Source: Myxococcota bacterium
Lineage (GTDB): Bacteria > Myxococcota_A > SURF-8 > G963663525
Length of the DNA: 64,000 nt
Assembly (NCBI GenBank): GCA_963676915.2
Contig: CAXXVK010000062.1
Coordinates: 64,001-128,000 of the forward strand
Reading direction: 5' to 3'
The position numbers and the translations under genes were made by a program. Positions within the stretch are counted from its first letter, which is position 1, and each line of letters begins with the position of its first letter. The notes under the pieces were generated by a model. That model did not search any database. It had not been told where the DNA came from and worked only from the letters and a program-made list of their open reading frames with translations. Positions 48,168 through 58,030 of this stretch are shown here, piece by piece.

Positions 48168-48479
48168 GGCGCAACCTTTCTGGCTCCTACCGGTAGAAAA
48201 AGGGAAATATGATGATGATCTATGTGAAACGATATTAATTATATGCTATTTGGTCTATTACGTCAATTGCATGGGTGCAAGCAAGCACAGGATCGTTGTT
48301 GAAAAACGACGACAAAGCTCCGTACAGTGAGTCCAAGCCCACATTTCATTCTCAGAACGATTGATTTTTCCAGAATCGATACCAGTTTTAGTTGTAGCTA
48401 ACTTATGGTGAGTACCTGTCGTTCGACTGCTCATCAGTCTATCGTCAATGGCATGTACGAGAAGGAAGGCAGTGCAACT

Positions 48480-49577
48480 ATGAAGAGGATAACTCCGGCG
48501 AATCAGTTTCCATCGCCCCGGTCGATTCAAATAATTTTTACGATGATTGCGGTAATTTTGATGGTTACGGCTTGTGCGACCGATGGTTCGTTTCGTGGCT
48601 CTGACAGCGCTCAATCCCAAGCCAAGGCGCTCGGTCCGTCCGAAGGATACGATGCACGTCTTCGTAATTTTAGCTACCCGTATGAAACCAAGACCTTTGT
48701 CGTGACTTCCCAGGGACAGAGCCTGGACATAGTTTATATGGACGTTCGCCCAAAACCGGAATCTAGCAATGGTCAAGCGGTGCTGCTGCTCCACGGAAAA
48801 AATTTCTCCGGTGCTTATTGGGCCAACAGCGTTGCTCCGCTTGTCGATCTGGGCTATCGTGTGGTGGTGCCGGATCAGATCGGCTTTGGCAAATCCAGCA
48901 AGCCGGAGAACTTTCAGTACTCTTTCCATGGCATGGCTTCAAACACAGCCGATCTGCTCGCATCCCTGGGAATCGAAAACGTTCATGTGGTCGGTCATTC
49001 CATGGGGGGCATGGTTGCGGCTCGCTTTGCTCTGATGTTTCCCGAACGCACGGCTTCCTTGATCCTGGTCAATCCCATCGGACTCGAAGACTGGAAGCGG
49101 AAGGTTCCCTATCGTCCGGTAGACTGGTGGTTCGATCAGGAACTTAAAAAGACGCCGGACAAAGTACGAGCCTATATGACGGCCAGCTATTTCGATGGCG
49201 TGTGGAAACCTGAGTACGAGCCTCTGGTTGACTTGCAGATCGGTTGGATCAAGGGGCCGGACTATCGGCAAATCGCCAAAAACTCGGCACTGACTTACGA
49301 AATGATTTTCACCCAACCTGTGGTCTATGAATTCAATCTGATCCAGGTGCCGACACTGCTGATTATCGGTGATCGCGACCGTACCGCGCTTGGCAAGAAT
49401 CTCGTTTCGGACGAGGTCCGTGCCACTCTCGGGCTTTATGGCGACCTGGCGAAAAAGACACAAGCCGCCATTCCGGGAGCACGGCTTGTGTTGCTACCCG
49501 GCGTCGGTCACATTCCTCAGTATGAAGCTTATGAAAAATACATTCACGCATTGACCGGTTTTCTTGACGGGCAATAA
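48480..49577 (+). CDS. Alpha/beta hydrolase (probable lipoprotein)
   Basis: [22 protein letters not shown] nucleophile and GHIP motifs. Start could be 48480 or 48543. Confidence 0.88.
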   Translation: MKRITPANQFPSPRSIQIIFTMIAVILMVTACATDGSFRGSDSAQSQAKALGPSEGYDARLRNFSYPYETKTFVVTSQGQSLDIVYMDVRPKPESSNGQAVLLLHGKNFSGAYWANSVAPLVDLGYRVVVPDQIGFGKSSKPENFQYSFHGMASNTADLLASLGIENVHVVGHSMGGMVAARFALMFPERTASLILVNPIGLEDWKRKVPYRPVDWWFDQELKKTPDKVRAYMTASYFDGVWKPEYEPLVDLQIGWIKGPDYRQIAKNSALTYEMIFTQPVVYEFNLIQVPTLLIIGDRDRTALGKNLVSDEVRATLGLYGDLAKKTQAAIPGARLVLLPGVGHIPQYEAYEKYIHALTGFLDGQ

Positions 49578-49728
49578 AACTTGTCCGGTCGTGTAGAGTT
49601 TATCCGGAATTTTCTATACTAAAGCTTCACAATGATTGTTAGATTTGTGTTAAACTATGCATATGTTCGCTCTTGATGCGAACCCAATGAGATTTCGTTT
49701 GTTTCCCTCTACTAGAAACGGCAATCCC

Positions 49729-50205
49729 ATGAATGCAACCGTTATGAAGCAAGTCATTGAAATCCTTGAAAAACTGAAAAACATCGAGTTGGCTCTGGCT
49801 GAATTTTATGAAGCCTGTTCCGTGGCTTTTAGCGAACAGGAGACATTTTTTCATGCCCTGAAAAAAGAAGAAAATAAACACGCTGTACTGATATCAGAGT
49901 TGATCGATGTCGTGCGAAACGGCAAGCTCGAAGGCGTTCCGGGACGTTTCAAAATGCCCGCGCTGAACGTGTATCTCGATGGAATTCGAGCTTCCATTGA
50001 AAAAGTGAACTCAGGTAAACTTTCTCTTATACAGGTTTTGACATTGTCGATGAATTACGAGAAATCCATCGTCGAAAAGAAGTTTTTCGAAGCGATTCAA
50101 AGCACTTCCTCCCAATACGATTCGGTGAAAATGCTCCTTGGCATGGAAACCAAAGAGCACTGCCGACGAATCGCCGATTGTCTTGAAGAGTTGAAAAAAG
50201 CTTGA
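49729..50205 (+). CDS. Ferritin-like/rubrerythrin-like protein
   Basis: E...FY, EENKH, E, ETKEH di-iron-like spacing. Confidence 0.6.
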   Translation: MNATVMKQVIEILEKLKNIELALAEFYEACSVAFSEQETFFHALKKEENKHAVLISELIDVVRNGKLEGVPGRFKMPALNVYLDGIRASIEKVNSGKLSLIQVLTLSMNYEKSIVEKKFFEAIQSTSSQYDSVKMLLGMETKEHCRRIADCLEELKKA

Positions 50206-50451
50206 TGACAAAAAATCGTCAAGATACGTTGAAAACCACCTCTAAATCAAAACACCTGATCCGTTATCCTCTAATTCTGTTTTTCCTGCAATAATGTGAC
50301 AACCGAAGCTGTGGAAAAATAAACAAATCTTGCTTTCCCGCCACGCTGTGGATACATTGGTTCCAAAGGTTCTAACAGCGGAATTTGCCAACTGAATTCA
50401 CAGGACGAAGACGATCGAAATCTTCTCGAACAGTCCGAGGAAAGGTGGGTC

Positions 50452-51243
50452 ATGAAACTGAATCCGATGGTTTTAGCTCGCTTGAATCTGTTCGCCGTGG
50501 TTCCACGGTTGACGGAATTGGTGGAATTTGACGAAGAGGCCCGAAAAATCGCATCGAACTGCACCGGTTCGATCGAACTCTCGGCCATGCGCCTCGGAGC
50601 TGTCCGTCTGATGTTTCGCAACGGTAACCTCGACGTGGTACGCGATCCGGGGGGAAGCGCCGATACCGGTCTGTGGTTTCCCTCTCCCGAGTTGCTCAAT
50701 AAGCTGTTCGCCGGGGAAAAAGCCGTTCCCGTTCCTTACGTCTGGAAACCTTGGAATCTGCCCAAGCTGATGGCTTTTCAAAAACTTGCTGATCGACTCG
50801 GAGCCATGTTGGGCGATCCCGACAAAACGTTGAAAGATTCCGGCAACGATCCGAAAACCAAAGAATTTCTGGTACGTTGCATGCTTTATACGGCGCTGGC
50901 AGGTGTAAAGGAACTTGTCGAGTATGACGAAAAAATGGCATGGTTTTCCAAAAGCACACCGGATGGAACGTTTTTGATCAAAGTCCTCGACGATGGCCCG
51001 GAAGCGCATTTGTTCATCCGTCAAGGCGTTGTCACACCGGGTAAGGGACCGATTGCCAACCCCACCGTAACCCTCGAAATCAAAAACCTCGATATCGCCT
51101 GGGAATTGTTGCAGGGTCGTATCGACGCCATGGGTGCTTTAGGTGCCTGCGATATCCGCATGACGGGCTTTCTGCCTTTGGCGGATAACGTCAACGTCGT
51201 CATGGATCGCCTCGGTGTTTACCTCCAACCGTCCGAAAACTAG
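50452..51243 (+). CDS. SCP2 sterol/lipid-binding domain protein
   Basis: Two SCP2-like halves; C-terminal GRIDAMGALGACDIRMTG pattern. Confidence 0.6.
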   Translation: MKLNPMVLARLNLFAVVPRLTELVEFDEEARKIASNCTGSIELSAMRLGAVRLMFRNGNLDVVRDPGGSADTGLWFPSPELLNKLFAGEKAVPVPYVWKPWNLPKLMAFQKLADRLGAMLGDPDKTLKDSGNDPKTKEFLVRCMLYTALAGVKELVEYDEKMAWFSKSTPDGTFLIKVLDDGPEAHLFIRQGVVTPGKGPIANPTVTLEIKNLDIAWELLQGRIDAMGALGACDIRMTGFLPLADNVNVVMDRLGVYLQPSEN

Positions 51244-51252
51244 GAGGATCAG

Positions 51253-52488
51253 ATGGAAACCTATACGTTCGATGCCTCGCAAGAGCTGTTTTCTCGTGCC
51301 GTCAACGTCATTCCCAACGGCATTTATGGACATACCAGCCCTGCTCTGACCGTTCCCGGCTCCTATCCCTACTATGCTGTTCGTGCCGAAGGAGCGCATT
51401 ACTGGGATCTGGACGGCAACCGCTACATCGATTGGATGTGCGCCTACGGTCCTATGGCTTTGGGATACAATCACCCGAAAGTGGAAGAAGCCGCCAACCG
51501 TCAACGGGAATTGGGAGATACCCTCAATCATCCCGCGCCTGTGATGGTCAAACTTGCTGAAAAAATGGTGGAAATCAGCGATACCGCCGACTGGGCGGTT
51601 TTCGGTAAAAACGGTTCGGATATGACGAGCTGGTCGCTCCAGGTGGCTCGCGAACACACCGGACGCGATAAAGTCATCATGTGCAAAGGTGCATATCACG
51701 GTGCCCATGCCTGGTGTACGCCGGGACATGGCGGCTTGACCCAAGCGGATCGTGTAAACATTTTGTTGGGTGAATACAACAACGTACAGTCCATCAAGGC
51801 TCTTTTCGACGAAAACCCCGACGAGGTGGCCGCCATCATCCTCACTCCGTTCCATCATCCGGCATTCGGAGACATGGTACTGCCCGAGGACGATTGGTAC
51901 CCCGGCATTCGCAAACTCTGCGACGAACACGGTGCGCTGCTGATCATCGACGACGTTCGGGCAGGCTTTCGCCTGCATATGGGCGGATCGGTCGAATACT
52001 TCAATGGAAAAGCCGATTTGATCTGTTATTCCAAGGCGTTGGGCAACTGCTATCCCATCAGTGCCTGCACGGGACGACAAGCCTACATGAGCGCTGCAAG
52101 CAAAGTGTTCCTTACCGGAAGTTTCTGGGGAAGCGCCGTTTCCATGGCGGCTGCACTGGCGGCACTAACGGTGATGGAAGAAGAAGGTTCCATCGAGAAA
52201 ATGCTGCATATTGGAACGCTTTTGCAAAACGGTCTGAAAGAAGTCGGTGAGGCAAACGGCCTGAAGTTGAAGATCACCGGCCCGCCATCGATTCCCTTCG
52301 TTTCGTTCGAGGATGAAACGGATTTCCGCCGCAACCAGCTTTTCTGTGCGGAAGTCACCAAGAGGGGTGCGTTTTTCCATCCCCACCACAACTGGTTTAT
52401 TTCCTCCGCCCATACCGAGGAAGATGTCAAACAAACCTTGGAAATGGCCAACGAAGCCATGAAAGAAGTAAAAAAACAGTTTGGTTGA
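51253..52488 (+). CDS. Class III PLP aminotransferase (glutamate-1-semialdehyde aminomutase-like)
   Basis: WDLDGNRYID, GAYHG, DDVRAGFR and YSKALGN (PLP lysine) motifs. Confidence 0.85.
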   Translation: METYTFDASQELFSRAVNVIPNGIYGHTSPALTVPGSYPYYAVRAEGAHYWDLDGNRYIDWMCAYGPMALGYNHPKVEEAANRQRELGDTLNHPAPVMVKLAEKMVEISDTADWAVFGKNGSDMTSWSLQVAREHTGRDKVIMCKGAYHGAHAWCTPGHGGLTQADRVNILLGEYNNVQSIKALFDENPDEVAAIILTPFHHPAFGDMVLPEDDWYPGIRKLCDEHGALLIIDDVRAGFRLHMGGSVEYFNGKADLICYSKALGNCYPISACTGRQAYMSAASKVFLTGSFWGSAVSMAAALAALTVMEEEGSIEKMLHIGTLLQNGLKEVGEANGLKLKITGPPSIPFVSFEDETDFRRNQLFCAEVTKRGAFFHPHHNWFISSAHTEEDVKQTLEMANEAMKEVKKQFG

Positions 52489-52555
52489 TCTTTCTGGCCA
52501 GGGAAAGTAAACTGCACGTTCGACAGTTTTCATCACGGGCACACACGAGGTAAAC

Positions 52556-55450
52556 GTGGCCAAAAAGGAAAAAATCTCTGCCGTCGCTATGCGCTATTTA
52601 CAGCGCGGACAACTGGATCGTGCCATCAAGGAATACATGCGTATCCTCGCCGACGATCCTTCGGACGAACGCACGATTCAAAAAGTAGGCGATTTGCATT
52701 CCCGCATGGGGAACACGGCGGAAGCCTTGACGATGTACAAGCAGGTTTCCGAACTATACATCAAGCAAGGCTATTATCTGAAGGCCATTGCCGTTTACAA
52801 ACAGATCCTCAATCTCGATCCCGACGACGCCAAGTTGCACGGAAAGCTTGGCGAAATGTACGAGCAAATGGGCCTGATGCCGGAGGCAATCCAGCAATAT
52901 TCCAAAATGGGCCTGTATTATCGGGAGAAAAAACTCTACAAAGACGCTCTGGATATTTACATCAAGATCCGTGCGCTTGATCCGGGGAATCTGCCCAACA
53001 AGATCATGCTCGCCGAAACCTACTTCAAGTTGCATCGGCGCGATCAGGGAATCATGGAGTTCGAAGCGATTCTGAGCGAACTCAAAGATTCCGGGCGGGT
53101 TAACGATTATTCCAAGGTTCTCGACCGTTTCCTTAAACACAATCCGGGCGATGTCGCCCGAGGACGCGATCTGGCCAGGTATTACCTTCGTAAGGGAAAT
53201 TTCAAGAAAGCTCTCGTACGTCTGCAAATCGCTCTGAAAGGCGAACCGGAAAACCTCGAAACTCTCGAACTGCTGGCCAATGCCTTTGTTTCTATCAAGC
53301 AGATTCCCAAAGGATTGACGGTCTACCGTGAAATCATCCGGGTTCTCAAGAAGAAAAACGATCGTGAAAATCTGATCAAAGTCTACGAGGCCATGCTTCG
53401 CCTCGACCCCAGCGATCAAAAAATCCAAAGCGATCTCGCCGCGTTACGAGGTCCGCAAAAAAGCGCTCCAGCGAATTATGGAGACACATCGGCTCTGTTG
53501 CAAACCTTGGAGCCTCTCGCAACCGATCTTCCACCCGATCCCGTGCATCATGCACCGGAACCCGTTTCAGAGCCGACAGCACCCAAACAACCCTCGTTGG
53601 AGAAAACCATCCACGGTTTTCCACCCATGCACGAAGATCCGGGTCCGCAATATAACGAGCCGCCCCGACCGGTTGTTTCGGAATTGCCACAGCAGATTCA
53701 AGCAACGAATCCCCACTTTACGCAGGTTCCTCTTCCTCCCTCCGCCACGGCAGAAGCCCAAGAGGCGATGGAACAGCCCTCGGAAGATCAGATCCCGAAC
53801 GAAAACGACATCCGAAATCTACTTCTGGAGTCGGACGTTTTCGCCAGCTACGGCTTGCATTCCCAATCGGAGGACGCGCTTCAGACCATTCTGGACTACT
53901 TCCCCGATCATGAAGAAGCCCTGCTGAAGCTGAAAGATTTGTATACTGCAACGTATAGTGAACCGGACATCAACCGGGTAGCCTTGCATCTGGGCGCGAT
54001 TTATCTCGAACAAAATCGCCTCAAAGAAGCCAAAAGCGTATTGGGGCAAGCGGCTGAACTTACTTACGATCAGGCCCAATCGGCCATGTTCCGCGATAAA
54101 GTGGGGCATGCCGACTCGACGAAACTTGCAGGACAACTTCGCGAGTTGGTGCAAAGCGATTTGAATGTCGATTGGGACGATGCCAACGTCGATCTGAATC
54201 AAAACCAAAAAGAAGCGCCCGATATCAAAATTCAACCCATGTACGCCTCGGATGAGATGGGAGATGACGAAACCTTCCCTCCGCCGTTCGAAGGTGAACT
54301 GGCTCCGCCGTCCGGGGATATCGATCAGGAGTTGTTGCTCGATTTCGACGATGAAGAGGAAGATTTATCTATCGAAGATCAACCTGTACTTGGAAAAGCC
54401 GTTCCAGGTCAGGATCCGATGGAAGAGAAAACTCCCGCTCCACCAACCCCGAAACAAATGTATCGGGAAGCCAAATTTTTTGCCGCGCAGGGATTGTTCG
54501 AAGAGGCGATCAACATCATCCACGAAGTGCTTGAGCTAGAGCCGGGGATGCGAAAAGCCCAACGTGCTTCCGAAAACTGGGCCGGATCGTTGGCGATGTC
54601 GTTCAATCTGCCACTCTATGACCCCCCTGCCAAGAAAGAACCGAAGGAAGTTCCTCCCCCCTCGCAGTCACAAAGTGTCGTTTTGCAGATCAGTGAAGCC
54701 GACATGGACCCCGAATTGCTGGCAAAACTTTCTATGGGCGAGGAACCAGATAAAATCCTGGAGGAAGAGCGATCGAAACGTGATTCTTCCGAAGGAAAAA
54801 AACCTACTCCTACCAAGGAATATGACGCACCGGAAGATCAAGCCAAACCTTCCGGCAAAGAAGGAGAGTCGGAGTATTTCAATCTAGCCGAGGAAATCTG
54901 GGACGATCTGGAAGAGTCGGATTTCGATTCTCTGCTTACTTCCCCCGAACCGGCACCGGAACTCAACGAAACCGGTGAAGAAGACCACGTAACACACTAC
55001 AATCTGGGTCTGGCGTATCGTGAAATGGAAATGCTGGATGATGCCATTTCCGAGTTCCTTCAGGTCTGGAACGTCAAGCCTTCCGTGGATAGCGGAATGC
55101 AACTTGCACTGTGTTACGTGCAAAAAGGCAACATTCAACGCGCCGCTCATTTTCTCAGTCAGACGCTTGCTTGTGAGGATATCGCTCAGGAAGACATCAA
55201 AAAAGTTCGATACGAGTTGGGTGAAATATATATTGCAATGGGCAATTCAGCACGAGCTTACTATTACTTCCAATCCATCATTACTCTCGATCCCACATTT
55301 CAAGATGTACAGGATCGCATCAGCGTGCTGATGTCCGAGGGTATCACCCCCGATGTCAAGCCGGATCAGATCTCTAACCTATTGAAAACGTTTAGCTATC
55401 ACGACGCTTCGTCCAATCGACAGCGTCCTACGGATTACAACGCCAACTGA
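52556..55450 (+). CDS. Large TPR protein, SgmX-like (type IV pilus polar activator family)
   Basis: N-terminal TPR array, Pro/acidic linker, a middle ExDVFxxYGL module, and C-terminal THYNLGLAYREMEMLDDA TPRs ending FQDVQDRI. Confidence 0.7.
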   Translation: MAKKEKISAVAMRYLQRGQLDRAIKEYMRILADDPSDERTIQKVGDLHSRMGNTAEALTMYKQVSELYIKQGYYLKAIAVYKQILNLDPDDAKLHGKLGEMYEQMGLMPEAIQQYSKMGLYYREKKLYKDALDIYIKIRALDPGNLPNKIMLAETYFKLHRRDQGIMEFEAILSELKDSGRVNDYSKVLDRFLKHNPGDVARGRDLARYYLRKGNFKKALVRLQIALKGEPENLETLELLANAFVSIKQIPKGLTVYREIIRVLKKKNDRENLIKVYEAMLRLDPSDQKIQSDLAALRGPQKSAPANYGDTSALLQTLEPLATDLPPDPVHHAPEPVSEPTAPKQPSLEKTIHGFPPMHEDPGPQYNEPPRPVVSELPQQIQATNPHFTQVPLPPSATAEAQEAMEQPSEDQIPNENDIRNLLLESDVFASYGLHSQSEDALQTILDYFPDHEEALLKLKDLYTATYSEPDINRVALHLGAIYLEQNRLKEAKSVLGQAAELTYDQAQSAMFRDKVGHADSTKLAGQLRELVQSDLNVDWDDANVDLNQNQKEAPDIKIQPMYASDEMGDDETFPPPFEGELAPPSGDIDQELLLDFDDEEEDLSIEDQPVLGKAVPGQDPMEEKTPAPPTPKQMYREAKFFAAQGLFEEAINIIHEVLELEPGMRKAQRASENWAGSLAMSFNLPLYDPPAKKEPKEVPPPSQSQSVVLQISEADMDPELLAKLSMGEEPDKILEEERSKRDSSEGKKPTPTKEYDAPEDQAKPSGKEGESEYFNLAEEIWDDLEESDFDSLLTSPEPAPELNETGEEDHVTHYNLGLAYREMEMLDDAISEFLQVWNVKPSVDSGMQLALCYVQKGNIQRAAHFLSQTLACEDIAQEDIKKVRYELGEIYIAMGNSARAYYYFQSIITLDPTFQDVQDRISVLMSEGITPDVKPDQISNLLKTFSYHDASSNRQRPTDYNAN

Positions 55451-57294
55451 TGGCTCCCTCAAGGAGCCAGGAGATGGGGACTTCCGCAGACGGCGGTTGG
55501 CGAACTTCGTTCGTTCGTCGAAATATCCCTTATTTTATTGCCTTTATTGTCGTTTTTATCGTTCATTTTCCACAGCTTACCGGCTGGTTCCAAATGGACG
55601 ATTTTTTCCACTACCATCACCTCGAAAGACAACAGTCCGCCTGGGAATTCTGGACAACCCCCGCCAAGGAACTGGATCGCTTCTGGTTCGCCGCGCCGGA
55701 CGCCGTCAATCGGCCTTCGATGGATTACGTACTCTATCTTCGTCCTTTGCCGACCCTATGGCACAAACTGGACTTGGCTTTATTTGGTGACTGGGCATTG
55801 GCTCCACATGCTGAAAATCTGTTGCTGCATCTGCTCAATGTGCTTTTGTTTTTGGGATTGCTGAGACGGCTGGCCTTTCCCGGTGCGCTCCCCATAGCTT
55901 TGGCTTTTGGAGTCAGTCCGCTGGCTGTAGAACCCGTGGGATGGATCAGTTCCCGTAACGACCTGCTGGTAACCTGTTGTATGATCGTTTCGGGCTGGGG
56001 ATTCTTCTTTTTCCACAGATCAGAGGAAAACAAAAATAAATTCAAAAAGATAGCGGTAGCGTTCGTTCTTGTTGTCGCCTTGTGGGCGGGATTGCTGTCC
56101 AAAGAATCGGCAGCCATGGGTATCGCCTCGGCATTGCTTCTCGGTTTGATTCAGAAAAAACGCGACTTCTTCAAACAGCTCTGGCCTTACTTGTTGGTGG
56201 CGGGAACTCTTTCCTGGGCGGCCTATTGGGCAAGCGTTCACCCGGACAATACCGTTTCCATGAGCAAAACCAATTGGTTCTTGTTTTGGCAAAAAGGCCC
56301 ATGTTGCGTTTTGAGCTTTCAGTTTGTTTCCTCTCTGTTTTCCATGATGACCGGTCTGGCACCTCCTTCTTTCATGCACGCCGATCTTTCATCATGCGCC
56401 GGAACGATTGCTCTGGCCGTCATTTTGTTTGTATTTTTAAGCCTTTGCGTTTTTCGTATTCGTTCTCGGTATATGATCTTCTCGGCCATCGTGCTGGGAT
56501 TGTTTCTTTTGCCGATGCTCGCCATACATTCCGCTCCACGCTACCTGTATTTCTGTTTACCCGCATTTTTCGCGTTTACGGGTTCCTGGGTATGGCAAAG
56601 ATACAAAAGGCGGAGACTGGCACAGACGCTGTTTGTGGTCATGATTGTGTTCTGGTGTTTCACAAGCCACATTTTGAGCCGCCACAATGCGCAAGGTTCT
56701 CGCTGGATTCACAACGACCTGAATTCGGTCCGGGAAGCCGTCGCCGGAGAAAATGTCGAGCGCCTGTACCTGATCGACTGGTGGCCGATTGCCATCAACA
56801 GCGAGCTATGGTTGAATAAAATCATCGGGCAACCCGAAGCCAAAATTCGCCTGCTAAGTACCTCGCCAAGCGTTCATCGTCCCGAGTTGGACACGTTTGG
56901 ATTGTGGGTGGCGTGGCTCTGGAGCTACCCTTTGGGGTTACCCTACGACGAAAAACGCTACAATTGCCTAACGATTCGAGATCGTTCGATTTTCGAAAGC
57001 CGAACTGTCCCGAAAAACGCATCGCTGGCGGCTCTTTTCGATGCCGAATCCCTCTGTGAATATTGGAAAAGCAACAAAGTCGTTCGCGCTCCCGATGTAA
57101 CTGTGGAGTTCCGTGGCGAAAGTTCCGGTTGTCCGAACCGAATGAATTTCATCCTGCCCACCAACATCGACGCTCCTGGCACCTTTGTTTTACGACGTAC
57201 GCCCGAAGGGTTCCGGAGAATTCAGCAGAATAAAGACGGTTCGTGGGAGATCTTCAACCCGCCGATTTGCTCGCAACCTTCGGACAAACCCTGA
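55450..57294 (+). CDS. Polytopic GT-C-like membrane glycosyltransferase
   Basis: N-terminal MDDF, YLRPL, NLLLHLLN, EPVGWISSRND, SKES and RYLY motifs. Confidence 0.7.
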   Translation: MAPSRSQEMGTSADGGWRTSFVRRNIPYFIAFIVVFIVHFPQLTGWFQMDDFFHYHHLERQQSAWEFWTTPAKELDRFWFAAPDAVNRPSMDYVLYLRPLPTLWHKLDLALFGDWALAPHAENLLLHLLNVLLFLGLLRRLAFPGALPIALAFGVSPLAVEPVGWISSRNDLLVTCCMIVSGWGFFFFHRSEENKNKFKKIAVAFVLVVALWAGLLSKESAAMGIASALLLGLIQKKRDFFKQLWPYLLVAGTLSWAAYWASVHPDNTVSMSKTNWFLFWQKGPCCVLSFQFVSSLFSMMTGLAPPSFMHADLSSCAGTIALAVILFVFLSLCVFRIRSRYMIFSAIVLGLFLLPMLAIHSAPRYLYFCLPAFFAFTGSWVWQRYKRRRLAQTLFVVMIVFWCFTSHILSRHNAQGSRWIHNDLNSVREAVAGENVERLYLIDWWPIAINSELWLNKIIGQPEAKIRLLSTSPSVHRPELDTFGLWVAWLWSYPLGLPYDEKRYNCLTIRDRSIFESRTVPKNASLAALFDAESLCEYWKSNKVVRAPDVTVEFRGESSGCPNRMNFILPTNIDAPGTFVLRRTPEGFRRIQQNKDGSWEIFNPPICSQPSDKP

Positions 57295-57545
57295 CCGTTA
57301 GCCCGCATACTTCATGAGGATCGTAGCGAGACGCCGAAAACCGAAGAACTTTAATGAAGTTGGAGTGATTTTTTAACGGAAGCATACTTTACAGTATGTT
57401 GAGTATAAAAAATCGGGAAACGAATGAAAGATCAAGAGTTTTCAAGTCGTAGGTGATTCTTCATGAATTATGCGGGTTAGGTATTCTTACAATGTAAACA
57501 ATTCAAACCTGTGGAAAGAATTCAGACCTGCATTCATTCAAGTGT

Positions 57546-57557
57546 GACAATATTGTC
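57546..57557. promoter_or_regulatory. Candidate enhancer (UAS) for a sigma54 activator
   Basis: Perfect palindrome GACAATATTGTC about 115 bp upstream of the -24 element. Confidence 0.4.
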
Positions 57558-57667
57558 CGGTTTTTACGATTTTATCCCGATTCCCTGGCAGTCCCAAACG
57601 GGTTCTAATTCTCCTAACCTATTGTTTTTCTATACGAATCTCCACAAAGGACAAAACTCAAAGAGTT

Positions 57668-57683
57668 TGGCACACCGTTTGCT
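57668..57683 (+). promoter_or_regulatory. Sigma54 (-24/-12) promoter
   Basis: TGGCAC-ACCGT-TTGCT matches the TGGCAC-N5-TTGC consensus. Confidence 0.85.
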
Positions 57684-57692
57684 TTATTTTAA

Positions 57693-57865
57693 GGGTGAAC
57701 CTGCTGAGCAACCGGCGGGAGCGGTTCTTTCCTTTGGGATCGTTTGCGACTACGGAGGTTCTTGGCCCTATCTCCGTAGTGTTTTGGCCTTTCCGGAATG
57801 CACCCTTCTTCACTTCCCTCCCCTGGTTCAAGCAGTTCAGCCCCGGCATAAGCCGGGGTTTTTTT
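57693..57865 (+). ncRNA. Putative sigma54-dependent small RNA (~170 nt)
   Basis: Bounded by a sigma54 promoter and an intrinsic terminator; ends pair; internal stem ACTACGGAG/CTCCGTAGT; CU-rich tract. Confidence 0.7.
57841..57865 (+). terminator. Rho-independent terminator
   Basis: CCCCGGC-ATAA-GCCGGGG followed by T7. Confidence 0.9.
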
Positions 57866-58030
57866 ATGGGTATCAATGTTTCGTTTTCGCAAAATGTGGG
57901 TTTATTACACAATTATTTCCAACCCATGCGCAAGAAATCCGATTTTTGCCTATCGGCTTTCTCCGAGGCATGCTATCTTTTAACTTGGATAATTTACATG
58001 TACCCTATCTCTGTTTGTCAGGTTCTATAT

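Noticed and set aside
57695-58030. N-terminal extension of the 716-aa ORF, and ORF 57511-58137
   Set aside because: They run through the sRNA candidate and its terminator; the signal peptide starts at ATG 58031.
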